Assembly: GCF_009914755.1 (NCBI RefSeq)
Contig: NC_060925.1
Source of the DNA: the human T2T-CHM13v2.0 reference genome, Homo sapiens
Reading direction: 5' to 3' (one strand)
Length of the DNA: 64,000 bases
This document shows positions 41,365 through 55,031 of the stretch, piece after piece; positions within the stretch are counted from its first letter, which is position 1, and every line of letters begins with the position of its first letter. The position numbers and the translations under genes were made by a program. A model generated the notes under the pieces. It saw nothing but the letters and a program-made list of their open reading frames with translations. It ran no database searches and had not been told where the DNA came from.

Positions 41365-42751
41365 GTCCTGTTGTGGGGTTTGAGGGCTGGAATTTAATTT
41401 TTGGAGCTTTATTTAATGTTGGGAGCAGATTGGGTAATAAAATGCATATTGAGAATAAGATGGCCTTCTGACCCTTCAGGGTCTGGGGCTGTAAAGCGTC
41501 TAAGGGTTGTTGCCAAACGGGCCATGAACTGGGCTGAGTTTTTATATTTGATAAAAAGGAGCCTAAACGCTAACTGATATGGGAGAGGTCGGATAAAGAA
41601 AAAGGAGCATTAACCTTGACTGTGCCTTTAGCTCCAGCCACCTCTTTAAGATGAAATTGTTGGGCAGGTCAGGGAGGGCTAGTCATGGAACAAAACTGTA
41701 AACTGGACCAGGTGTGAGGAGGGGAGGTGATAAAAGGATTATAGGGTGGGGGAGCAGAGAATGAGGAAGAATTGGGACCTGGCTCGGCCTAGCAAGGAGC
41801 AGCCTGGGGAGGAGGGGAGAGGTCAGATGGGTCCATAGAAAAGGAAGATTGGAAAGACTTAGCAATGCTTAGGGTTGGGACTGAGGGGACAGGCAGGAGG
41901 GAAAGAAGGAATATTTGGGACGAGTTGCATTGGGAACAGAGACTAGGGAGGGACTGATGTGTAAAAGAATGCCTGGACATCAGGCATCTCAGACCATTTG
42001 CCCATTTTACGACAAGAATTATCTAGATCTTGTAGGATGGAAAAATCGAAAGTGCCATTTTCTGGCTATTTGGAACCATTGTCGAGTTTGTATTGGGGTT
42101 AAGCAGCATTGCAGAACAAAATAAGGCATTTAGGTTTTAGGTCAGGTGTGAGTTGAAGAGGTTTTAAGTTCTTGAGAACACAGGCTAAGGGAGAAGAAGG
42201 AGGAATGGAGGGTGGAAGGTTGTCTATAGTGAAGGATGCAAGCCCAGAGAAAAGAGAGGGTAGAGACACAGAGAGAAGGGTTGGGGGGTGCTTGCCCCCC
42301 AGGAAAGTGGTGCTTGCCACTAAGGGTGAAGGATCAAGGCAGGCATCCCTGCAGTGATCAGACACCTCTGAAACATGGGTGAATAATCAAGCAGGCGTCC
42401 CCGCAGTGATTAAACACCAAGGGAAGACTGTCTTCCAGAGTCCGTTACCAGCACCGGAGTTTTGGGTTCATGGATAAAATGTGTCTTCTCTGTCTCTACC
42501 AGAAAAGGAAAGGAACTGAAATTAAGAGAAGGGAGAGATTGAAGGATGGCGGCAAGGTTGAAAGGAGAAAGAGGTTGAGGGATAGTGAGAGAGGTTGGAG
42601 AAGAGAGTAAAAAGAGGCCACTTACCCGATTTAAAATTGGTGAGATGTTCCTTGGGCTGGTTGGTCTGAGGACCCGAGGTCGTAGGTGGATCTTTCTCAT
42701 GGAGCAAAGAGCAGGAGGACAAGGGATTGATCTCCCAAGGGAGGTCTCCCA

Positions 42752-42769
42752 GTCTGAGTCACGGCACCA
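42752..42769 (-). other. tRNA-His primer binding site
   Basis: Minus strand TGGTGCCGTGACTCAGAC, a 16/18 match to the His PBS TGGTGCCGTGACTCGGAT. Confidence 0.9.
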
Positions 42770-42771
42770 AA

Positions 42772-43133
42772 TTTCATGTGCATCTGTGTGAAGAGACCAC
42801 CAGGCTTTGTGTGAGCAATAAAGCTTTTTAATCATCGGGGTGCAGGCAGGCTGAGTCCGAAAAGAGAGTCAGCGAAGAGAGGTAGGGGTGGGCCGTTTTA
42901 TAGGATTTGGGTGGGTAGTGGAAAATTATAGTCAATAGGGGTTGTTCTCTGGTGAGCAGGGGCGGGGGTCACAAGGTGCTCAGTGGGGGAGCTTCTGAGC
43001 CAGGAGAAGGAATTTCACAAGGTAATGTCATCAGTTAAGGCAGGAACCAGCCATTTTCACTTCTTTTGTCATTCTTCAGTTACTTCAGGCCATCTGGATG
43101 TATATGTGCAGGCTTGGGCCCAGAGGCCTGACA
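42772..43133 (-). promoter_or_regulatory. HERV-H 5' LTR (LTR7 family)
   Basis: Minus strand starts TGTCAGGCCTCTGGGCCCAAG and ends CATGAAA. TATAAAA at 42896-42902, with the PBS immediately downstream. Confidence 0.93.
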
Positions 43134-43253
43134 CTAATTATTGCTGTATAAATGTTGAATGAATGGATGGGTGAATAAGTTCATAGGGTATGTATATTAT
43201 CTCTGAGTTTATTGCCTGTAGTTTCATTTTTGCAGCTAATCTTATATTATTGA

Positions 43254-43573
<320 letters not shown>

Positions 43574-43637
43574 GAACTCATTGTTTTATATCTTAATCTA
43601 GATTTTAAACACTTGGAGAAGAGAGACTGTTTTATTT

Positions 43638-43773
43638 ATATGGTATTTTTCATAGTATCTAAAACATAGGTGTTCAATGAACACTTATTAAATTTATTCA
43701 TCAACATATGGTATTTTTCATAGTATCTAAAACATAGGTGTTCAATGAACACTTATTAAATTTATTCATCAAC
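43638..43773. repeat. Perfect 68-bp tandem duplication
   Basis: 43638-43705 is identical to 43706-43773. Confidence 0.95.
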
Positions 43774-45399
43774 ATGTCCAAGTAAATCTGATCATTCTTA
43801 AATTCTTATTCAGTTTCATATAATATAATATTATTTCTTGAGAGGTGTCAGTATCCTGCCCCTACTAAGAATCTTTTATAACCTGGAATGCAATAAGCAT
43901 GCATCTCAGGGTATTTAAATAGGAACACATCAGGAGTTGTTTTATTTTTAAATAATAATTGATTAATTAGGGACATATGTGTGTATGCCACTTCTCAGTC
44001 AAGAGTATAATGCCACAGACTCTTAAGACTGAACTACCCTCTTTATGACTTACTACAATGATGAACTTGTAGATAGTTGTAATTTCAACCTTTAATTTCT
44101 AAAATTCCTATGTGTCAGAAATAGCCTATCTTTTATGTTAATGGATTAAATCACTTCAGTTTGATGTTTATACTGTTATTTTTATTTTTAAGAGGTAAAT
44201 TATTGCTGATACTCTATAATTCAGATGTGTGTCCCTATAAGAATCATACTTTATATTATAAGGAAATACCTTTCAAAACTTAGCTTCATCTGTTTTCATA
44301 TTCAGTATAATTCACAACTACCATTGTCAGCAAAAATCTACATTTTCTGAATGTAGATTACTCTTCTTCTTTGTAAAACAATTTGTAATAAATACTTCAT
44401 GATAAACTAATAATCACAGTTAAAAATTACTACATGAAGAAGAAAGCTACATGTGTTCTAGTTCCCTAGACAACAACAGTAATGAGTCATGGCTCACTTT
44501 AGTATAAAAACTTAATGATTATAGACCTATTTACAGACAATTATTCACAGAGAAAGTAAATGAGCATATATTATTAGTTGAGAGGAATAACTGCAGTCTC
44601 ACACAAAGAATTGTTATCAGATAAATCTTTTAGTGAAAAGAAGAAACAAACAGGTCATAAAAGAAAGCCTTTTGTTTAAGTCAGATTTTTAGTTTTGTAG
44701 GAAAAAAGTCAGGTTTAAAGGTCAAGTCTCAAGAAATTTTGAACATGCAGGAAGACTGAGTGAGAAAAACTGAAATTTCAATATGTAAAACTGCTTTTTA
44801 AAGTATTTAATATAGAGAATAAAGAACATCAAGCACCTAAATTGGGATTCATTTTGTTGAGCCATCCAAATGCTAATCCCTTCACTGTCAGCAACCAACA
44901 AGTGTGTATTATGTTTTTCAACAATGAAAGAATAAGCTTAAAGCACAGGCATTGTTTTCCTTTGCTGCTCTATTTTATTTTAAGCAATTTATTTCTTCAT
45001 GATACCAACTTTAGTTGTTTGTAATGCTAATGAGAGAGATTAACAAATGTTTTATGGAAAGAGAATACTACTTGACCATTTTATGGTAGATTATAACACA
45101 TAAATGGGTCCAAGCAAGCAGCATATTCTGTAGTTAAGTATGCTCTAAAATTTATTAAATTGAGAAAGAGGGGATAAAATAGTGTTTCTTATAAAAACAT
45201 CATAGGGAGACAACATTCAAATTCTAAATATTAACTGTTATTTCAAAAATTATTTCTTTGGGGAGTATCTAGATTATGGACATCCTGAAAACATGCCTTC
45301 TTCATTATTATCAACATCTATGAAATTATATATATTTAAGGAAGCATTTTTATTACATTACAGTGTTCCCGAGTAAGTTCCCTTTTGTGTTGATTGTTT

Positions 45400-45659
45400 T
45401 TTGTTTTGTTTTTGTTTTTTGAGATGGAGTCTTGCTTTCATTACCCAGGCTGGAGTGCAATGGCGTGGTCTCGGCTCACTGCAACCTCCGCCTCCCAGTT
45501 CAAGTGATTCTCCTGCTTCAGCCTCCCAAGTAGCTGGGATTACAGGCACCTGCCACCATGCCCAGCTAATATTTTTGTATTTTTAGTAGAGATGATGTTT
45601 CATCATGTTGGCCAGGCTGGTCTCGAACTCCTGACCTCAGGTGATCCATCTGCCTCTGC
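45400..45659 (-). mobile_element. AluS, 5'-truncated
   Basis: Alu consensus; TSD TGATTGTTTT. Confidence 0.9.
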
Positions 45660-47180
45660 TGATTGTTTTATAATAATAATAGTTGTATCCACTGTGTTTC
45701 TTGTTTATTATCTTACCATTTGGTGGATGGATGATAATTAAATGAACAGTAACATTGAGTGAGGTTGTTCTTCAGGTCTACCCTTTACAAATGAAAGAAA
45801 TAGCAAACAGAAGCAATGTTTTATTCTTTTCTTTAATCATTTTCCCCATCATGCTAATCTAAAATAACAATAAAGTATACAATGGGCAAATATGTTTTAA
45901 AACCAAAATCCTTAATTCTCATATTTTTGTACTCAAAATCTTGACAGATGATTTATAATAGTAGGTGCTTCATTTGAAAAATGTTTAATACTATTTTTAA
46001 TGATAGATATGAATATGTATTTTATAAGAATATATTTTATCAGCAAACTACTAGTAATTACATTGCTTGTAATCTTTCCTCTGAATTTAGCAGTAGTGAG
46101 GATATTTCTTCCAAGAATTATGGATATATCTGCTGAGACAGTTATTTTGAGGTGGACAGGATTTAATGCTACTTTTCCAAAGTAGTGTCCATTTAGGCAG
46201 ATGGTGAGAATTTAAAGAAAACTGGGAAATACTAATTGCAAAAATGTTTTTCTCTCCAGAAAACTTGAGATTTAATTTAGAAAAGAGGCAGTTTTTATCC
46301 TTGATGTATTTATGTTCTTAGAATAGAGTAGAACTTAAGAAATACTGAATGCAGCCTAGGACAAAGGAACTTAATTTTAAACATTTTAAATTGAATGAAA
46401 TTGTTTATTAGCAGGTTTCTAGTCTCATAATCACATTTGTGCTGTGGATTCAGTAGAGACTTATAATGAGTCAGAAAGATATCTATTTGAAAGTTACGTT
46501 GAATTTTATGCAGGGAAAAGAATAATTCTGGTCATAAAGTTATTGTTCATGATGAGCCAGTATATAAATTTCCTGATGTTTATTTTAAGCAAATAGATGT
46601 AAATTTCCATAATTGAAAATGAACATGCTCCTGCAAGTACCACGTGTTTGTATTCCCGGAGCTCCTGTTAGAGTAAAATACACATTTTTAGGTGTTGATT
46701 ATGCAAAGATGTTCTGGTAAAAAGGCTAATTCTCCATAGTACACATGTTAGAATTGAAATAGTAGTGCCAGCTTACCTGGGTACTTCACAAGGTTGTGAA
46801 GATTAAATGAGGTAAAGTATGTGAAAACCTTTGAACTAACAAATATTAGTTGCGTCTCTGAGATAAAACGGGTGTCCTTAATTTAATTTGAGTAATTCTA
46901 CCATTTTTGGTAATGATATCCTCTGATCTTACAAAAGGTATACATTATTTTCTTTCCTATATCTCTTAGAATTGTTTTTATAGGCTATACCTTAGCTATT
47001 TACCATGTCCTTTTTATAGTCAGTCACTTTTGGGGCAACTAATGATTAGAATGGTACTAAATTACTTTTTTTTTTCTAGTAGGAAAAGCTAACAGAACTA
47101 ACAGAAACTGAAAACTTGAGTTTGGTGCACATAGTTTTGTTATATTTTGGAATTACCTGATATTATAATCAAATTATATA

Positions 47181-47631
47181 CAGTCATGCACCACACATAA
47201 TGTTTCAGTCAACAACAGATCACATAATTGATGGTGATCCCAGATTATTACACGGTCTTATTACCGTAAATTTTTTTTGGTGTTTTTGCTGTTTTTTTTT
47301 TTTTTGTTTGAGATAGGGTCACTCTGTTAGGCTGGAGTGCAGTGGCACAATCAAGATTCACTGCAACCTTGACCTCCTGGGCTCATCAGCCTCCCGAGAA
47401 GCTACTATACCTTTTATATGTTCAAATATGCTTAGATACACAAATACTTACCATTGTGTTACAGTTGCCTACAGTGTTCAGTACGGTAACCTGCTGTACA
47501 GGTTGGTAGCCTAGGAGCAATAGGCTATACCATCTAGGTTTGTGTAAGTACACTCTATGATGTTCCCACAATGACAAAATTGCCAAACAGTGCATTTCTC
47601 AGACCGTTTCTGTGTCATTGACATGTGACTA
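47181..47631 (+). mobile_element. Tigger3 (MER7)-type DNA transposon with an inserted Alu monomer
   Basis: cagtcatgcaccac... through ...catgtgact; Alu fragment at about 47290-47400. Confidence 0.7.
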
Positions 47632-48438
47632 TAATTTGTATAATAGAAGTTATAACATATCTAAAGAGAATAAGATATATTTTACTTTATGGATAGCAGC
47701 ATATTAGAAGTACCTTTTTTGTTAGTCAGTTTACTTTCGGTGGTATATTTCTCCCTGAAATGAAAATTAGCACTGTCCTTTAAGCTGTGTTAAAGTTAAG
47801 AAAAATTTTTATACCAGCTCATTTGTGATTTGTCACAAAATATTCAAGAATTACTAGATAGGAGAAATCTGCCATTTTAGTGCCAAAGTTGTTAGATATT
47901 CAAGACCAAGTTTATGTTTGCATTTGAGGGTTGGTATAAAGTTGGGAGCATCTGCAGTCTCTGGATTCACATCATGGATCCCACTTCATCCCAACTGTGT
48001 GTCCTTGGGTGAATATTCAGCCTCTCTGTGCCTCATTTTCTTCATTTGTAAAAAGAGATAGTAACGATAATAGCTACCTTATAGATTTTTTGTGAGGATT
48101 AAAGGAGTTAGTCCATGTAGAGTCCTTAGAACAGCAGCTGACAAAGAGTGGGAACTTGCTAAATGCTATTTTTATTTGATCTTATCCATGTATGAATAAA
48201 TTTAATGTTCTAATTTTGTGGTAATCTTAATTAGATACTAGTCCGCAAGTAAAAAATCTTTGCATTGTATTTTTTCAAGTTTCAAAATCAGAAGGGACAT
48301 ACCAAGCTGGAAAAGAAGAAGGTAAAAGTACCGTTATTACAACAGAAGTAGCTAGTAATAACTGTTTTCAGGAACTAAATATAATTCAAGCCTCAAATGT
48401 TTTTGAGATACAACTTTTTGGAAATATATTCTGAGTAG

Positions 48439-48775
<337 letters not shown>

Positions 48776-50399
48776 TTATAAATATTCTTTAAATAAATGC
48801 ACTTTTATTATTTTCAGGCATGCGTAGTAACTCATATTACATTGATACATATCAAGCAGCTTAAACCAGGCTATTCTGAAGTAACAAATCCTGAAACTTT
48901 TAAATGCCCACAACAAAGGTTTATTTCTTACTTATGCCACATGTTTATTGTGGGTCAATTATGGCTCTATTCCATGTTTTCTTCACTGTAAGATCCAGAC
49001 TGATTGGGCAGGTTCTTTCTGAAACTTTCTTGGTTGTCATGGCAGAGAGCATAGAAAACTAATCCTTGTCTTTTAAAGCTTTTGCCCAAAATTGACACAT
49101 GCCACTTCCATTTACATTTCATTGTCTAAAGCAGGGGTTGGCAAACTTTTTCTGTAAAGTGCCAGAGAGTTCATTTTTTTTTTTTTAGGTTCCACATATG
49201 GTCTCTGTCGCATTTTTTTTTTTTACAATTCTTTTTAAAAATGTAAAACCTTTCTTAGCATGCTGGCTGTACAAAAAAACAGACCACATGCCACATTCAG
49301 TTTGCCTCCTGTAGTTTGCTTACTTCTGATCTTAAAAGCAAGTCTTATGGCCAAGCCTGGGATCAACAGTGAGGGTCAGTGAATAACTGTAAACAATATT
49401 CCATACCGTGAATTGTAAGATTAATATAATCTGTATATTCACCTTATGATTTGCATATCAGTCAGTAGTTTGTAAATAAATTTGTGCTTTTATAGTACAT
49501 GAATTTGCTCTCTTGGGACATTCTCTTTTACATCTTACTTAAATAATAGATTTGCATAACAAAGCCTTTCCTAAATACTCAACTGTGTCCAGTTATCACA
49601 GTTCCTGAATCCAAGTGTTTAATTTATAAAAATATTATTGAATGTGAAATACTTAAATATCTGACAAGTCGTAGTATGTGTTAAACAAGTTGGCCTGGAC
49701 TGGCACTGCCAAAAGAAAATGCAAGAAAGAGTTTATTTTTACAGTTAAAGATAGTGGATTAGGCACATATAATTATTTATTCTTCCTGTAATCTCCACTG
49801 AAATGATAGTGTCATAGTTTACAACAATAAATACATATATATATACATTCACATTTATACCCATGAAGTCTAAATAGCTGGAAAGAGGGCATCAGCAGAT
49901 GAGACATACCACCTTCTGAAGACATTGTGGGTGGAGGCTGGTAACTGACTCTTTAGAAAGAATGGAGATAACTGAGCATAAAGTGCACACAGAAGGAGAG
50001 AACTAATCTGATCACACACCCATGAATACTACCAGGTACAGCATGGGGTAGCATGAATCTGGGGATTAAAAACAAGATAATCACTAAAAGCCTGTGAGAT
50101 GTATAGTTGTATTTCCATCCAACATGAAGAATAGTGTCAGGCTTGTGTCTAGCCCTTGGGCAGTAAATATCATAAGTTTCTTCTCTGGAAAATCTCAAGA
50201 TTCCAAGCAAAGATTGCCCCATACTGACATTTAAGAGTCCCCAGGGAAATTGCCTTATCTCCATCTAATCATGTTTATGCCTGTCAGTGAACAAGTTGCA
50301 TTTAAACGTTTAGAGTTTTTTGGGGAATGTATTCTTAAATATAAACAGGCAATCATGGCTGAGGAGACACTAAGGGAAAGCCTCCACCAGGAAAGAGAA

Positions 50400-51270
50400 A
50401 ATCCAGGATAAACAGAAAATAAAATTATGCAACAGAAAGGGTCCATAATGGAAAGATGACAAGAAAACTAAAAACTAATTTTAATTAGTGTTTTCAGAAA
50501 GATGTGAGAAGACAAATTTTTTTAAAAGAGAAAAAATGCTCAGAAAAAGGAACAGTCATAGAAAAAAGGGTCTCTTGTAAATTACAAGTATGATCACCAA
50601 AACAAAGCAAATAGTAGAAGGGTCAGTACGAGGATTGGCAAACTATGGCCTTCCACCTGTTTTTGTAAAGAAAGGTATACTGGAACCCAGCACTGCCTAT
50701 TTGTTTTCATATTGTCTATGGCTGCTTTCATGCTACAACAGCAGAGTGAGTAGTTATGACAGAGATCATATGCTCATGAAACCAAAAAATTTACTATCTG
50801 GCCCTTTACAGAAAAAGTTTGCTAACCCATTAATTAGAAGACAGAAATGAAAAAAATAAATAAATAAATAACTCCAGGAAATATAAAAGGAAAATAGAGT
50901 GGAAAAGAAACAGATGGAAAGATTTAAAAAAGGATTAGAGATTAGACAATCCAGGAGGATTTAACATATGACTAACAGGTGATTCATAAAGAAAGAAAAC
51001 AGAGGGGAGGAAGTTGTATTAAAAATACAAGGCAATGTGCCAAAGCTGAAGAGCTTGTCTCCAAATAAAGGATCTGAACAATAAATGAAAAAATCCAGAC
51101 CTAGACACATCATTGTGAAATTTTAGAACACCAGGGGTAAAAGAAAATCCGGAAAGACCCCCTGATGACATAAAAATTAGAAAGATCAGAAGGGCATCAA
51201 ACTTTTCAACTGTAAAGCTAGATGCAACAAGACAGTTAAGCTAAGGCTTCAAAATGGTAAAGAAACTTGA
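50400..51270 (+). mobile_element. Old L1M ORF1 remnant with a MER58-like insertion (about 50630-50830)
   Basis: ccagacctagacacatcattgtgaaatttt (RPRHIIVKF, an L1 ORF1 motif); purine-rich. Confidence 0.55.
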
Positions 51271-51674
51271 TTTTCACTATATGAAGTGTTTCGATGTATA
51301 ATCTCCTTAAATTCTAAACACAACACTATTATGGGTAGGTGTCATTATTTAATCCCCATTTTACAGATGACAAAACTGTAATTTTATGACTTTGACTATC
51401 CCAAAGTCACTGTGTTACATTTGATTGCTTGGCAAACTACAAATATTCCCAGCCCTTTCTAGTTTTTTTTGTGTGGTTTTTTTTTTTCCTGTACTTCAAG
51501 AGAAATATGTTTGAGATTCTGTAGCATTCTGGATGCTAGTCAGGTTCCAACAATTAAACACATTTGTGCATGATTTGCGAAGTTAAAGTGAAGGCAGAGG
51601 CCATTTTCTTACTGCTTCAGGCAGGCAAGTTCAAACGAAAGATGTTTTTCCTCCTCCAGTAACATTCTTTTTCT

Positions 51675-52030
51675 TTTTTTTTTTAGATTCAGGGGGTAGG
51701 TGTCCATGTTTGTTACAAGGATATACTGCATAATGCTGGAGTTTGAGCTTCTATTGAACCCATCACCCAAGTAGTGAGCATAGTACCCAATGAGTAGTTT
51801 CTCAATCCTTACCCCCATCCCACCCTCCCCCCTTTTGAAATTCCCGGAGTCTGTTGTTTCCATCTTTATGTGTACCCATTATTTAGTTCCCACTTACAAG
51901 TGAGAACATATGGATTTGATTTTCTGTTTCTGCGCTAATTCACTTAGGGTAATGGCCTCCAGCTGCATTGGTGTTGCTGCAAAGGATATGATTTCATTCT
52001 TTTTTAGGGCTATGGTATTCCATGGTGTAT
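51675..52030 (-). mobile_element. L1P/L1MA 3' end
   Basis: T-tail followed by antisense L1 3' UTR. Confidence 0.8.
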
Positions 52031-52527
52031 AGTAGCTAGTTTACCGCTTCATGTGCACTAAGAGGTAATTGCAATGGCCGTGAAGACTTTCTGATCTCTT
52101 GATCAAACTAAGATAGTATGTTTTTTAAGTCATATCTTCCTGCCTTCCCACTACTTAGTAGCTCCTTTGGGGGATCAGCTTTTCAGTGTTCTAGGAGTCA
52201 TTTCTGCAGAACTAGCCTAAACCTTGCTACTCCAGCTCTTCTAACAATTTTGTAAGCACCTAATTTTCTGAATTAAATCTCTTTCTTAAAATACCCAAAG
52301 TGATTTCGTTTTCCTTCACTGATTCCTGACTGATGTAGTTCACAGAAGTTTAGTATTAATGATAGAATAAGAGGTTTTCAGATTTTAAAATTATATCTAG
52401 GCAGTCCATGCTATACTAAAACACTGCCAGTCATAACCAGGGTTTGATTCTAGTTAAAATGGTTTCTTAACATATAATGTCTAAGAATAATTACATTAGT
52501 GGAAAGAGGTAAAGAAAGGCAACGTCC

Positions 52528-52820
52528 AGCCAGGCACGGTGGCCCATGCCTGTAATCCCAGCACTTTGGGAGGCCGAGGAGGGCAGCTCAGGAGGTCAGG
52601 AGATCGAGATCATCCTGGCCAACATGGTGAAACCCCATCTCTACTAAAAATACAAAAATTCACTGTGTGTGGTGGTGCACGCCTGTAATTCCAGCTATGC
52701 GGGAGCCTGATACAGGAGAATTGCTTGAACCAAGGAGTCAGAGGCCACTGTGAGCTGAGATCACCCCACTGCACTCCAGCCTGGCGACAGAGTGAGACTC
52801 CGTCTCAAGAAAAAAAAAAA
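52528..52820 (+). mobile_element. AluS
   Basis: Alu consensus; TSD AGAAAGGCAAC(G/A)TCCA. Confidence 0.92.
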
Positions 52821-54347
52821 CAGAAAGGCAACATCCACTTACTTTCTTCAGCTTGAAAAGTGCTTCCGTGTACTGGGTGCAATTTTAAGCATGATATATA
52901 TTAACACGTTTACCCCTGAGATAGGTACTATTATCCTTAATTTATGGCCAAAAAAAAAAAAATGCATAGAAAGGTTAACTGAATTGCCCAAAGTCACATG
53001 CTTAAGAAGAGGCAGAGTGAGGATTTAAATTCATCTGTCTCCACAGTCTGTTCTTTCAGCTATTCTATACTTTATCATTATATCTTTGTAACACTAAATT
53101 TGACCTGAAAGGGGGTTAAATTTGTCTGGGATTGTTGATAGAACCAAGTTTAAAGTATGAACATGTTTTTATTCCCATGTAATTTGTTTTTTATTAGATG
53201 TGAAAATCTTTCAGAAACCCTAAAATGTCAAGATTGTGATTTTTAGGACAAAAATACAACGTAAAGTAGATCCAGAAATGAGAACTAAAAGTACTCTTTT
53301 CATCATCGGTACTGGTATGCTGCTGAAAATATATTATGACCAAAATAATTTTATGAAAAAGTGCTGAATTCTCTCTTTGTGGATCCTTGCCATTTCTTTT
53401 TAAATTTTGGTCCTTTTGGATGTTTCTCACCATTTTCCTCTGAATCTTTTATGGTTCTGTACCCTAGGATGTATCATGAAATATGTTAACTCACTTAAAA
53501 TTTCATAGCTCTGATCAATTTAACAGTTTACTAAATTGTGTGAGTGACATATAGAGAAAGAAGTAGAGGCTTTTGATAATGTTATGTTCCTTAGTGGATG
53601 GGGTTCTATGGCTGTTGAGTGGGCAGGGGCTTGGATATTTAAAATAGGAAAAATGGTAAAATGTGCTTTCACAGGTAGTCCCTACCTAATGAATGTATTG
53701 TGGTCCCATACTCATTTATAAGTTAAAAGTTCATTTGCAAGTCAGCATGTAGAAGTTTGAACTAAAGCTGAGTATTATAAAAGCACTAAAGATTCTAGGA
53801 GAACGTAAGTACCACTTAGACTTTATTTTCATTGGATAATGAGGTAGACATATTTCCCATTCTTACCCTCACTCCCAGGGCAGTGGCTTGAGCAATCTAT
53901 AAGTGGAGATCCTCAGGGAGTTGCTAAGGAGACCCTCTATTGAGGACTTTGGCGGGGGAGGTGACAGTGTAAGTATGGCTGTGTTGGTGGTGGCTACAGC
54001 AGATGCCCTCAGCAAACTTCCTCTTAGATTCCATTGGCTAGGATTTGGTCATATACCCATGGCATCTGCCAGAAAGACTAGAAATGCAAGTGCTGGCATT
54101 TTTAGTCTCCAAAGTAGGAGGAGAGCCCTTCCAACAAGAAATGAAGAGGTTGGCAGTGGCTGTTGAGCAGGCAAACAACAGTGTTCACTGTGACTTACAA
54201 CCAGGAATTTTGGTAGCGGTCTTCAAATTCATGCTTTAATATGAAACTATCCTTTTGGATGAATGTACCTAAAATGAATAATTTCTCCTTTAAGTTTCTC
54301 CTCTCTTTCCAAGTATATAATATTTTATTTTTAAAATTGGATGATCA

Positions 54348-54672
<325 letters not shown>

Positions 54673-54695
54673 TTATTTTCAAGGTAGATTTTTAA

Positions 54696-55031
<336 letters not shown>

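Larger units (their letters stand above)
38014..43133 (-). mobile_element. HERV-H provirus (internally deleted type, 5120 bp), antisense to SYT14
   Basis: Two LTR7-type LTRs, a His PBS, gag/pro/pol/env remnants, and a 5-bp TSD CTAAT at 38009-38013 and 43134-43138. Confidence 0.96.

Noticed and set aside
38165-42835. Longer ORFs 38165-38602, 40955-41383 and 42410-42835 as novel proteins
   Set aside because: They are antisense or leader frames of HERV-H with no recognisable domain.
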